From Archangium sp. (GTDB lineage: Bacteria > Myxococcota > Myxococcia > Myxococcales > Myxococcaceae), in assembly GCA_031367385.1 (NCBI GenBank), contig JANLPS010000403.1:1-18538 (forward strand): a stretch of 18,538 nucleotides of DNA, given 5' to 3'. The notes below the pieces were generated by a model. The model saw nothing but the letters and a program-made list of their open reading frames with translations, searched no databases and was not told where the DNA came from. Of this stretch, positions 7,501 through 14,613 are shown in pieces. Within the stretch, counting starts at the first letter, position 1. Every line of letters begins with the position of its first letter. The translations under genes and the position numbers were made by a program.

Positions 7501-8362
7501 CGTGATCGATCCACGTGTCACCTGAGAAGACCCAGCTGTGCGCCTGCCCGAGGGTCACCGCCCCAAGCGTGCCGGGTGACACCCCGGTCATCAACAACCG
7601 GCCGTCACTCAGGCCGATGGTCGAGCCCTCCTGGCCCCCGGTGGCTGAGTTGGTGGGCAGCAAAGAGCCGCTGATTCTCCATTGGTTGATGGCGGGTTCG
7701 AAGACCTCCGTGACGCGGAAATCGACCCCGCCGTCGGTGACGTCACCCAGGCCGCCCGAAATCACCAGCTGTACCGGGTCACTGGCAGTCAGCGTAGCGG
7801 TGTGGCCATTGCGAATGACGGCCAAGGTCTTGCCGAGCACGAATGACTTCGAAGTCGGGTTGTAGCGCTCGGTGCTGGTGTCACCCGAACCTCCGACGAT
7901 CATCACCGTGCCGTCGGGGAGCAGGGTCGCCGTGTGGTCGGCGCGCGCGATGACCATTGCACCGGCCGCCGTGAACTGCTCGGAGTCGGCGTCGAACAGC
8001 TCAGCAGTCGAATCGCCGCCCCCGATCAAAAGGATCTTGCCCGTTCGCAGCACGGTCGAGGTGTGCCTGGCCCGAGGGTGAAGCATCGGCCCGACAGGCG
8101 TCACCCGCCCGGTCTCAGGGTCGTAGATATCGGCCAACGCCGTCGCGCTCGCGCCACTGCCGGTGTCGACATACCCACCGGTGATCAGCACTTTGCCGTT
8201 GGGCAACAGCGACATCGCTGCCGACGCCCTCGGAGTGGACATCAGCGCCGTCGTCAGCCCGGCCGCGCTGGTCGCGACGGGAGAAACGACGTGGGTTTCT
8301 GGCGGCGGAGCGCACGCTGCCATCACAACCAAGGCCGAGGCCACCAACAGCGTTCGCGTCAT
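4502..8362 (-). CDS. Large lipoprotein: 14 kelch/galactose-oxidase-like repeats, Ig-like domain, Cys-rich module, DAG/DGG linker, internal MYXO-CTERM-like motif, then a second signal-like segment, a TolB-N/CsgG-like domain and a beta-strand-rich C-terminus
   Basis: Lipobox VMAA-C17; repeated R-x-x-HTATLLPDGRVLxxGG units; CNEPTECLSGYCVAHACC; YSCGCSEGG-hydrophobic-RRR; LVLVLLALPLAARA/EA; LGHERERQLMGCSSDTSCLAEVGAALDV; C-terminal LSVGVRL. Confidence 0.85.
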   Translation of the reverse strand: MTRTLLVASALVVMAACAPPPETHVVSPVATSAAGLTTALMSTPRASAAMSLLPNGKVLITGGYVDTGSGASATALADIYDPETGRVTPVGPMLHPRARHTSTVLRTGKILLIGGGDSTAELFDADSEQFTAAGAMVIARADHTATLLPDGTVMIVGGSGDTSTERYNPTSKSFVLGKTLAVIRNGHTATLTASDPVQLVISGGLGDVTDGGVDFRVTEVFEPAINQWRISGSLLPTNSATGGQEGSTIGLSDGRLLMTGVSPGTLGAVTLGQAHSWVFSGDTWIDHGGCLNISTGLQTLVLPDGQPYAFGSLEPTGGSGCYGLIPTPNLVRLETKAGSSSAICTPLPPVSTEVVRREGTGAVLPNGSVLIAGGLNLSDACNWAIQKTMSVVRKDGPITSAGGGLGASGRFDAAASTLGSGAVLVSGGTDGGVGALSSAEFYSNGRSSKSFALTTGRAHHTSTVLIDGRVLLAGGLDVSGAPLANAELLDLSSGQPGVLIALQHARAFHTATLLPDGRVLLTGGVTDGGVASSSELFSPTTLRTASAAELAVPRSHHAAAMLGNGSVVVAGGQVGSSILNSAEVFTNGSPWSAAKNLNGPRTDFTLTEVGDKLIAIGGRGTGGVPLAVTELLDGPASSWVPGPPLAAPRFNHTATVLTTGQVVVAGGYGPALLDTTEIYDVQTGQFTGGQVLKTPAGRHASARTTGGALLFGGEGGANAVNAISDGIVVLPSLQPVLSAVPPAVAPAESFQVTGVGLEGYGENGGGSRRSVSTNQPIFFVTRFDGEGRRFLSASDWSGTYALVTVPVDLLGGVYWLRVSVGGAISEPVVLRVGGGDSTACNEPTECLSGYCVAHACCSPPLCGPSGDAGTDSGTGLDAGLDAGSSAVDGGVSTAGDGGVNARDGGGSMPGDAGDVAADGGVPARGADLYSCGCSEGGAPGSLIIWALAGVLLFRRRGSAGPLVLVLLALPLAARAEAPAKVAVGELRGGAGVSKELPDVVADQLIVELQQRGFEVTSSKDISAQLGHERERQLMGCSSDTSCLAEVGAALDVAFIITGSISKVGNSLALSINAVNTRKSSATKHYATRIKPATEEAVLDLLPTIVSQLFPESKRVEKGVEAAPVPLPPPVAAQIEPSAPPPLITTVPIEPQQRVRHFAAWVRGQLSPLGAAGALHGAVMPFVGFRFDERWAVSAGFVAAQPLGVTVRASAVPFFVESRIHPLVALEVPVLFASSLALGIGTSVGAEWVPLDWLSIALEVPVQYFIVAPEAATRFWVFGALSVGVRL

Positions 8363-8414
8363 GAGGCACCATCAGACACGACCTCACCAAGCGGCGCGAA
8401 GCATTTCTGCCCGA

Positions 8415-8443
8415 GTGACACCCGTCGCCCCTTCCGCTAATGC
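8415..8443 (+). promoter_or_regulatory. Putative sigma70-type promoter of ychF (GTGACA-N17-TAATGC)
   Basis: 5/6 match at -35, 17-bp spacer, and -10 lying 6 nt before the ATG at 8450; no SD sequence. Confidence 0.45.
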
Positions 8444-8449
8444 GCGCGC

Positions 8450-9559
8450 ATGGCTCTTTCAATCGGCATCGTCGGGCTCCCCAACGTCGGCAAGTCGACG
8501 CTCTTCAATGCGCTGTCGAACGCCCAAGCGCTCGCCGCGAACTACCCCTTCGCCACCATCGAGCCCAACATCGGCGTGGTGCCGGTGCCCGACGATCGGC
8601 TCGAGAAGATTTCGTCGCTGATCAAACCGCTCAAAACCATCCCCACGTCGCTGGAGTTCGTCGACATCGCGGGCCTGGTACGCGGTGCGTCGAAGGGTGA
8701 AGGCCTGGGTAACCAGTTCTTGGCCAACATTCGCCAGGTCGACGCGGTGCTCTACGTGCTGCGCTGCTTCGTCGACGACAACATCACCCACGTCGAAGGC
8801 AGCGTGAACCCCAAGCGCGACAAAGACGTGGTCGACACCGAGCTGTGCCTCAAAGACCTCGAGACGGTCGAGAAGCGCAAAGACAAGACCCAGCGCTCGG
8901 TCAAAGTGCCGGGCAAAGAGGGCGAGTTGGCCCGTGCCGAAATGGCGCTGCTCGAAAAACTCAAAGCCAAGCTCGACAACGGTGAGCCGGTTCGCTCGCA
9001 CGGCCTGAGCCCCGAAGACAAAGAGCTCGCCAAAGACCTCTTCTTGCTCACCGACAAACCGGTGCTCTACGTGGCCAACGTCTCAGAGGCCCAGCTCTCG
9101 AAGGCCGAGAGCGACCCCCTGGTGAAGCAGGTGTACGACATCGCCGCCAGCGAAGGCGCCGAGGTGGTCTACCTGGCCGCGGCCCTCGAGGCCGAGATTC
9201 AGCAGCTGCCCATCGAAGAGCGCCCCGACTTCTTGTCGTCGGCCGGGCTGACCGAGCCGGGCCTGAACAAGGTCATTCGCGCGGGCTACAAGCTGTTGAA
9301 TCTGCAGACCTATTTCACCGTGGGCGAGAAAGAATGCCGCGCGTGGACGATTCGCAAAGGGTGGAAGGCGCCGGCGGCGGCGGGGGTGATTCACTCCGAT
9401 TTCGAGAAGGGCTTCATCAAAGCCGAGGTGATGGGGTGGGAGGACCTGATGCGCCTGGGCAGTGAAGCTGCAGTGCGCGACAAGGGGCTCTTGCGCATCG
9501 AAGGCAAAGAATATGTGGTTCAAGACGGCGACTGCATGCACTTCCGCTTCAACGTCTGA
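8450..9559 (+). CDS. ychF: Redox-regulated ribosome-binding ATPase YchF
   Basis: GIVGLPNVGKSTLFNAL, ANYPFATIEPN, VDIAGLVRGASKGEGLGNQFL, TGS domain AAGVIHSDFEKGFIKAEV, C-terminal HFRFNV. Confidence 0.97.
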   Translation: MALSIGIVGLPNVGKSTLFNALSNAQALAANYPFATIEPNIGVVPVPDDRLEKISSLIKPLKTIPTSLEFVDIAGLVRGASKGEGLGNQFLANIRQVDAVLYVLRCFVDDNITHVEGSVNPKRDKDVVDTELCLKDLETVEKRKDKTQRSVKVPGKEGELARAEMALLEKLKAKLDNGEPVRSHGLSPEDKELAKDLFLLTDKPVLYVANVSEAQLSKAESDPLVKQVYDIAASEGAEVVYLAAALEAEIQQLPIEERPDFLSSAGLTEPGLNKVIRAGYKLLNLQTYFTVGEKECRAWTIRKGWKAPAAAGVIHSDFEKGFIKAEVMGWEDLMRLGSEAAVRDKGLLRIEGKEYVVQDGDCMHFRFNV

Positions 9560-9571
9560 CACCATAGGCCC

Positions 9572-10549
9572 ATGGCCCTGAAACTGACGTTTGCTGGGCA
9601 TGCCCAGCTCTGGGCTGAGATCGTCTTGCCGCGGGGCGACCGGGTCTTCGTCGCGACCGCAGAACCCCTCGAGCTGGGGGCGGTGGTAGCCCTGACGCTC
9701 GAGTCGCCTGAGCTCGCTTCGCCGCTGGTGGTGACCGCGACGGTTTCGGGGCTTCGGCCCGCGACACCCTCGACCCCCGCCGGAGTGGTCGTGAACCTCA
9801 ACACCAACGCGGTTGATCGCGTGCAAGCGGCATTGCACGAGGTCGCGCCGACCGATTTGCCGCAGGTGCGGGTGGCTTCGCGGCCCGAGCGCCAGTTCGC
9901 CGCGCGCGTCGTCATCCCCAAGTTGATTGAGGGGTGCTCGGTCAAGACGCTGTCGACTTCGAGCATGACCTTGACCACGCCAGTGCAATTGCCGCTCGAA
10001 GAGACGGTGGTGATTGCCCTGCAGCTGCCCGATGGCGAGGTGCAGGTCTCGGCGGTCGTCAGCTGGGTGCGCCCTGAGCTCAACCTGATCGGCCTGCGCG
10101 TGGGCACGCTCGACCCGATGGCGCTGACCCGAATCAAGCGGGCCCTCGACGCAGATCAGAAGCTGAGCGCCGAGGCATCGCTGCCCAGCGGCCACACCAT
10201 CGTCATCGCTGACGATGACCCGGCGATTCTCGAGATCTTGGCGCGCGTGCTCACCACCGCCGGGCACCGCGTCATTCGCGCCGATCGCGGTGACACCGCG
10301 CTGCAGATGATCAAGCACGAGCGCCCCAAGCTGATCTTTCTCGACGTGCTGATGCCCGGCCTCGACGGCTTGCAGGTCTGCACGGCGGTGCGGGCCGACC
10401 CCTCGTTGACCCGAACGCCAGTGGTGTTGCTCTCGGCAATGGGAGAGCAGCGCCTCCTCGAGACGGTGCGCGAGTGCAAGGCGAGCGACTCGCTGACCAA
10501 GCCGATGAAGATCGACGCGGTGCGAGCGATTCTCTCGAAGTACCTCTAG
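9572..10549 (+). CDS. Response regulator with two N-terminal degenerate PilZ-like domains and a C-terminal receiver domain
   Basis: Receiver motifs IVIADDD, IFLDVLMPGLDG (phospho-Asp), LLSA and LTKP. PilZ-like strands VFVATAEPLELGAVVALTL...VTATV and LPLEETVVIALQLPDGEVQVSAVVSWVR...IGLR. Confidence 0.85.
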   Translation: MALKLTFAGHAQLWAEIVLPRGDRVFVATAEPLELGAVVALTLESPELASPLVVTATVSGLRPATPSTPAGVVVNLNTNAVDRVQAALHEVAPTDLPQVRVASRPERQFAARVVIPKLIEGCSVKTLSTSSMTLTTPVQLPLEETVVIALQLPDGEVQVSAVVSWVRPELNLIGLRVGTLDPMALTRIKRALDADQKLSAEASLPSGHTIVIADDDPAILEILARVLTTAGHRVIRADRGDTALQMIKHERPKLIFLDVLMPGLDGLQVCTAVRADPSLTRTPVVLLSAMGEQRLLETVRECKASDSLTKPMKIDAVRAILSKYL

Positions 10550-10565
10550 CCCCGGGGGCCGACCC

Positions 10566-11165
10566 ATGATGATGACGTCTGCGCTGTGTCTGCTGCTCTT
10601 CTTCGGCGGCATGGTGGGCATCTCGCTGCTGCTGGTCATCAACAACCGCGAGCCCGCTGCAGCCAAACGCACCAGCCCGGTGATGCTCGACCTGGCGCCT
10701 CCGATACAGCCCAGCGGGCCGTGGAGTGACGCGCCCGATTCGCTCGAGCACGTGTGCATGCCGCGGGTGCCACCCAACACCGGCTGGGTCGGCGTGATGA
10801 TCTCGACTCCGGAAAAGGCCGGCGCGTATGAGCTGGTCACCGTGGTCGGCGTGGCTCGGGTGCCGGTCGACCAGGCCTCATCACTCTCGAAGCTGGCGGT
10901 GACCTTCGAGAGCCGCTCGACCGGTGAGCGCATGGTGGTCAAACCGACCTTGCTCACGCCCGTCACGGCGCCGCCAGAGAGCGCGAAGCCCGTCGCCCTC
11001 GAGCGGGTGACCCGGGCCGAGCGTGTCGACGCAACGGTGATTGGCTTCTTCGTGCCTCGCTCGATGCTCGGGGCCCTCGCGCCAGCAGAATATCGGGTCT
11101 CGGCGCAGGTCGACTTCGCGCATTCGAACGAGCAACGCATGGCCCTCGCGGCGCAGTTTGCCTGA
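10566..11165 (+). CDS. Hypothetical protein with N-terminal membrane anchor
   Basis: Hydrophobic N-terminus (LCLLLFFGGMVGISLLLVI). Co-oriented with its neighbours and fills the gap; no family recognised. Confidence 0.65.
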   Translation: MMMTSALCLLLFFGGMVGISLLLVINNREPAAAKRTSPVMLDLAPPIQPSGPWSDAPDSLEHVCMPRVPPNTGWVGVMISTPEKAGAYELVTVVGVARVPVDQASSLSKLAVTFESRSTGERMVVKPTLLTPVTAPPESAKPVALERVTRAERVDATVIGFFVPRSMLGALAPAEYRVSAQVDFAHSNEQRMALAAQFA

Positions 11166-11201
11166 AGCGGGGGGCGACTTGCGTGGTACCTTTCGCGCGC
11201 T

Positions 11202-11822
11202 TTGGCGACCGACGACATCACGCTCGTGCAGCGGGTTCGAACCGGTGACCAACGCGCCTTCAAGCAGCTGGTCGAGCGCTACCAACGCAAGGTCTACGGC
11301 GTCGCGTTCGGCATGATGCACAACAAAGAAGACGCGCGCGACGTGGCCCAAGAGGCCTTCGTGAAGGTCTACCGCTACCTCGAGTACTTCAAGGGCGAGG
11401 CCAGCTTCTCGACCTGGTTGTTTCGCATCACCAGCAACATCTGCATCGACTTGATGCGCAAGCGCGGCCAGACCAAAGGCCTGACGCACGTGGAGTTCGA
11501 CGAGGCGGTCAAACAAGACACGGCTGAGGCGCAGATCGGCGCGCTGGGGTCGCTGTTGGGCACCAACCCGCAGAAGTCGGCCCTGCGCAAAGAGCTGGGC
11601 GACAAGATCAACGAGGCCCTCTCAGAGATACCCGAGGCCCACCGGCAGATACTGCTGCTGCGTGAAGTCGAGGGCATGAGCTACGAGGCCATCGCCCAGA
11701 CCCTCAACGTGCCCAAGGGCACCGTCATGTCTCGGCTGTTTCATGCCCGCCTGAAGATGCAGACCAAGTTGAACAATTACGTAGAGTTAGACGACGCAAA
11801 ATCAGGGATTGGGAATGAATAA
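11202..11822 (+). CDS. ECF-family RNA polymerase sigma-70 factor (RpoE-like), TTG start
   Basis: Region 2: GDQRAFKQLVERYQ...DARDVAQEAFVKVY...FSTWLFRI. Region 4: ILLLREVEGMSYEAIAQTLNVPKGTVMSRLFHAR. Confidence 0.94.
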   Translation: MATDDITLVQRVRTGDQRAFKQLVERYQRKVYGVAFGMMHNKEDARDVAQEAFVKVYRYLEYFKGEASFSTWLFRITSNICIDLMRKRGQTKGLTHVEFDEAVKQDTAEAQIGALGSLLGTNPQKSALRKELGDKINEALSEIPEAHRQILLLREVEGMSYEAIAQTLNVPKGTVMSRLFHARLKMQTKLNNYVELDDAKSGIGNE

Positions 11823-11828
11823 TCGGTG

Positions 11829-11854
11829 TGAATTAAGCCTGAGGGGCTCGCGTC
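11829..11854 (+). promoter_or_regulatory. Putative ECF-type promoter TGAATT-N16-CGTC upstream of the anti-sigma gene
   Basis: Resembles the sigmaW/sigmaX-type consensus TGAAAC-N16-CGTN and is followed by a CAGGAG SD before ATG 11877. Confidence 0.45.
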
Positions 11855-11876
11855 AGGGCGCACAGGAGACCCATTC

Positions 11877-12548
11877 ATGAAAAACCCTGCCCGCGAAAAG
11901 TTCGAACCCCTGCTCTCGCCCTACGTCGACGGCGAGCTGACGCCCGAAGAGCGCCTGCAAGTCGAGCAACACCTCCAAAACAGCAAAGAGAGCTCCGCCC
12001 AGGTGGCCGATTTTCGGGCCGCCGGAGCCGTACTTCGGCACACCCTCGACGTCGAGGCCGATGACGTCGATTGGAAGCAGTTCGCCGATGACGTGATGGC
12101 GCGCGTGACCCCCGAGAAGCTGCCGTTCTTCGAGCGGGTCAAGCTGACGCTGAGCGAGATGTTCTTGTACCAGCGGGGCCCGTTGATCGCGGGGTTTGCC
12201 GGTGCGGCGCTGGCCATCGCGGTGACGGTGCCGGTGCTGTGGAAGCTCACCGCTGGCGCGCCTGACGGCTATGCGAACTCCAAGGTCGAGGTGCAGACCG
12301 TGAGCGTCGAAGAGACCTCCAACATTCGCCCGGTGGTGATGGAGACCGATCAGGGCGACGCGATCATCTGGACGCTCGATGCGAAAGACCCGCGCGCGCC
12401 TGCGCCCGATGGCAGCAAAGACGGCATCAAGGAGCCCAAGCCCCCGGCGCCCCCCGAGAGCGACGCGCAGAAGAAGAAGAAGAAGGCCAAGGGTGAAGAG
12501 GGCGAAGAAGAATTGATCACCACTCCGAAACAAGAAGGCCCGCTCTAA
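11877..12548 (+). CDS. Transmembrane anti-sigma factor with a degenerate zf-HC2/ZAS-like N-terminus
   Basis: LLSPYVDGELTPEERLQVEQHL motif, single TM segment (LIAGFAGAALAIAVTVPVLW), directly downstream of the ECF sigma gene. Confidence 0.88.
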   Translation: MKNPAREKFEPLLSPYVDGELTPEERLQVEQHLQNSKESSAQVADFRAAGAVLRHTLDVEADDVDWKQFADDVMARVTPEKLPFFERVKLTLSEMFLYQRGPLIAGFAGAALAIAVTVPVLWKLTAGAPDGYANSKVEVQTVSVEETSNIRPVVMETDQGDAIIWTLDAKDPRAPAPDGSKDGIKEPKPPAPPESDAQKKKKKAKGEEGEEELITTPKQEGPL

Positions 12549-12959
12549 ATGCGCTTCGTGCTCGCCACCGCGGCGCTGGTCTCGTCACTGGTCTTCGCGG
12601 CCGAGCCGGTGGTGCCCGTGCAGGTCGAAGTGGTGCAGGCCTCGGCCAAGCCCGGTGAGGTGCCGGCCTCGCTCAAGAAGATGCAGGCCGCGTTGAGCGC
12701 GCGGGTGAAGTACGGGTCGATGAAGGTGTTGTGGGCCAAGCAGCTCGAGCTCAAGAGCGTGCCGCAGCGGGTCGATTTGCCGAACAAGAACCAGGCCGAG
12801 CTGTCGCTGACCAAGCTCAAAGAGGGAGTCGCCACGCTCGAGGTGCAGGTTCCCCCGGCGAAGGCGACGTACACGCTGGCCAAAGACAAGTCGCTCTACT
12901 TTCAGGCCGGTTCGCACGACGGCGACGACCTGTGGCTGGTGCTCTCGCAACCCAAGTAG
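12549..12959 (+). CDS. Secreted/periplasmic hypothetical protein, probably part of the ECF operon
   Basis: Signal peptide MRFVLATAALVSSLVFA/AE; the ATG directly follows the anti-sigma stop (TAAATG). Confidence 0.8.
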   Translation: MRFVLATAALVSSLVFAAEPVVPVQVEVVQASAKPGEVPASLKKMQAALSARVKYGSMKVLWAKQLELKSVPQRVDLPNKNQAELSLTKLKEGVATLEVQVPPAKATYTLAKDKSLYFQAGSHDGDDLWLVLSQPK

Positions 12960-13007
12960 GCGCATGAATTCGGCTGGGGGCATCAACCGAAGTAGCCTCA
13001 CGGTCGC

Positions 13008-14318
13008 GTGCTGATCTTCGCGGTGATCATGGTGTTGGCGCAGGCCGATGGGGGCGTCTCGAGCCCTCAGGCCGCGAGCAACGTCTCGATTCACGGTGCG
13101 CTCGAAGGCCAGGTCGAGGCCATGCCGTCGGGCCCCAGCGGCGGAGGCTACGACGGGTTCATTTCACTGCGGCCGGTGTTCGGGCTGAACGTCGGCGAGA
13201 GCTTCGCAGCTGAGCTCGGGCCATTGTTTCGGTTTCGGTTGATCGACAGCGCCCCCGAGCAGCGCAGCGAAGACTTCGGCACCGTGCTGCGCCGCCGCGA
13301 CTGGGATCAGGCGTCAGACTTCGGGCAGCTGATCTCGGTGCTGCGCATCGCGCCCGAGTCGAGCCCGTTCTACGTGCGCGCCGGCCCGGTGCGAAAAAAG
13401 ACCTTCGGGTTGGGGCACCTGATCAACCGGTACTCGAATCAAGAGAACCCCGATTACCACCCGGCCTCGGCGACGGCGGTGCTCGCGCTGGGCCCGATTC
13501 GCGCAGAATTTTTCGATTCAGATCTGTTCGGCGCGCGCATCTTCGCAGGTGAACTCGCGTGGGATCTGGGGCGCACGTTCTCGTCTTCAGCAGAGGTGTT
13601 CGACCGCTACGTCGTCTCATTGCAGCTCGTGCACGACGCGGCGTTCGCAGGGCAGCCACCCGATGGGCGCCTGAATTTCACTGCGCTGCAACAGCTGACG
13701 ATGCTGCAAATCGACGGGTCGATCGTGCTCGTACGCAACGAGAGCCTGCGCTTCATGGCGATGGCGGGCATCGGGTCGCGATTCAACCTCGAGGCGAACT
13801 TGGGGTTTCTGGTCGGTCTGGCGCTCGACGCGAACGTGAAAGAGATCTCGTTCTCGGTGAAGCTCGAGGGTCGTAAGCAGGCCGGTGGGTTTCGCCAGGG
13901 CATGTTCGGGCCGACCTATGAGCTGAGCCGATTCGCCGGGCTGGGGCTGACCGGAGCGCCGATCGCGCAGGAGCGTCTGCCCGATGCGTTTTCACTCTAC
14001 GCAGAGGGCCGCGCCCGGGTCGGAGAGCTCGTCACAGTCGACGCGATGGCCGAGTACTTCACCTTCGGCCGCACCGACTTGGACTCAACCGTCAGTGTGT
14101 CGGTGCTCAAGCACTGGCTCGTGATGAACGCGCGCTTCACCGCGGTGGGCCTGGGCGTGCAACCCCGCTACGCGGTCACCGCCGGCATGCGCTTGCGGCT
14201 GTTCAGCTCGTTCTACGTGCTCGCCTCAGGGGGCACGATTTTCTTTCCTCAAGCTGATGGCACACTCAATCGCGGCGTGACGGCGGCCGCGGGTGTGGGT
14301 GTCGACTTCGAGCGCTGA
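13008..14318 (+). CDS. Putative outer-membrane beta-barrel protein
   Basis: Short hydrophobic N-terminus followed by AQADGG, many amphipathic beta-strands, C-terminal AGVGVDF(ER). GTG start is uncertain. Confidence 0.7.
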   Translation: MLIFAVIMVLAQADGGVSSPQAASNVSIHGALEGQVEAMPSGPSGGGYDGFISLRPVFGLNVGESFAAELGPLFRFRLIDSAPEQRSEDFGTVLRRRDWDQASDFGQLISVLRIAPESSPFYVRAGPVRKKTFGLGHLINRYSNQENPDYHPASATAVLALGPIRAEFFDSDLFGARIFAGELAWDLGRTFSSSAEVFDRYVVSLQLVHDAAFAGQPPDGRLNFTALQQLTMLQIDGSIVLVRNESLRFMAMAGIGSRFNLEANLGFLVGLALDANVKEISFSVKLEGRKQAGGFRQGMFGPTYELSRFAGLGLTGAPIAQERLPDAFSLYAEGRARVGELVTVDAMAEYFTFGRTDLDSTVSVSVLKHWLVMNARFTAVGLGVQPRYAVTAGMRLRLFSSFYVLASGGTIFFPQADGTLNRGVTAAAGVGVDFER

Positions 14319-14334
14319 CGCGGCAGGCAGAAAT

Positions 14335-14593
14335 GTCGACTTGAAGCGCTCAGCGCGGCTTCCGTGATCGCTCCAAGGGGAGGTCGACGTCGCGCTCAAC
14401 CGCGGCGACAGGCGTGGGTGGCGACTTGGAGCCCTCAAGCGGCTTGCGTCCTTGCTGCAAGGCATCCGAGCTTCGTCGGCAAGTCGACCGCCGTGGCAGG
14501 CAAGAAGTCGGCGTCGAGCGCTCGGCACGGCTGCCGTGCTCGCTCCAGGCGCGCGTGAGCTTCTTCCCCAGGTCGACGGCATGCTCACGTGAC
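14335..14593 (+). repeat. Three degenerate tandem repeats (about 86-bp period) derived from the 3' end of the OMP gene
   Basis: Units start at 14335 (GTCGACTTGAAGCGCTCAGCGCGGC), 14420 (GGCGACTTGGAGCCCTCAAGCGGC) and 14507 (GTCGGCGTCGAGCGCTCGGCACGGC). The gene end at 14301 reads GTCGACTTCGAGCGCTGACGCGGC. Confidence 0.7.
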
Positions 14594-14613
14594 CGACCGT
14601 TGAATGCCTGCGT

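Noticed and set aside
6200..8240. Galactose/glyoxal oxidase enzyme call for the kelch protein
   Set aside because: I cannot identify the Cys-Tyr cofactor or copper-ligand motifs; only the propeller repeat is supported.
9083..11263. 726-aa minus-strand ORF and other long antisense ORFs (137..994, 2336..3505, 4703..5563, 15711..16508)
   Set aside because: Shadow ORFs opposite well-supported genes, expected in high-GC DNA; no recognisable motifs.
14335..14593. CRISPR array or DGR template repeat
   Set aside because: The repeats are highly degenerate with no unique spacers, differences are not adenine-specific, and there is no cas or reverse transcriptase gene in the window.
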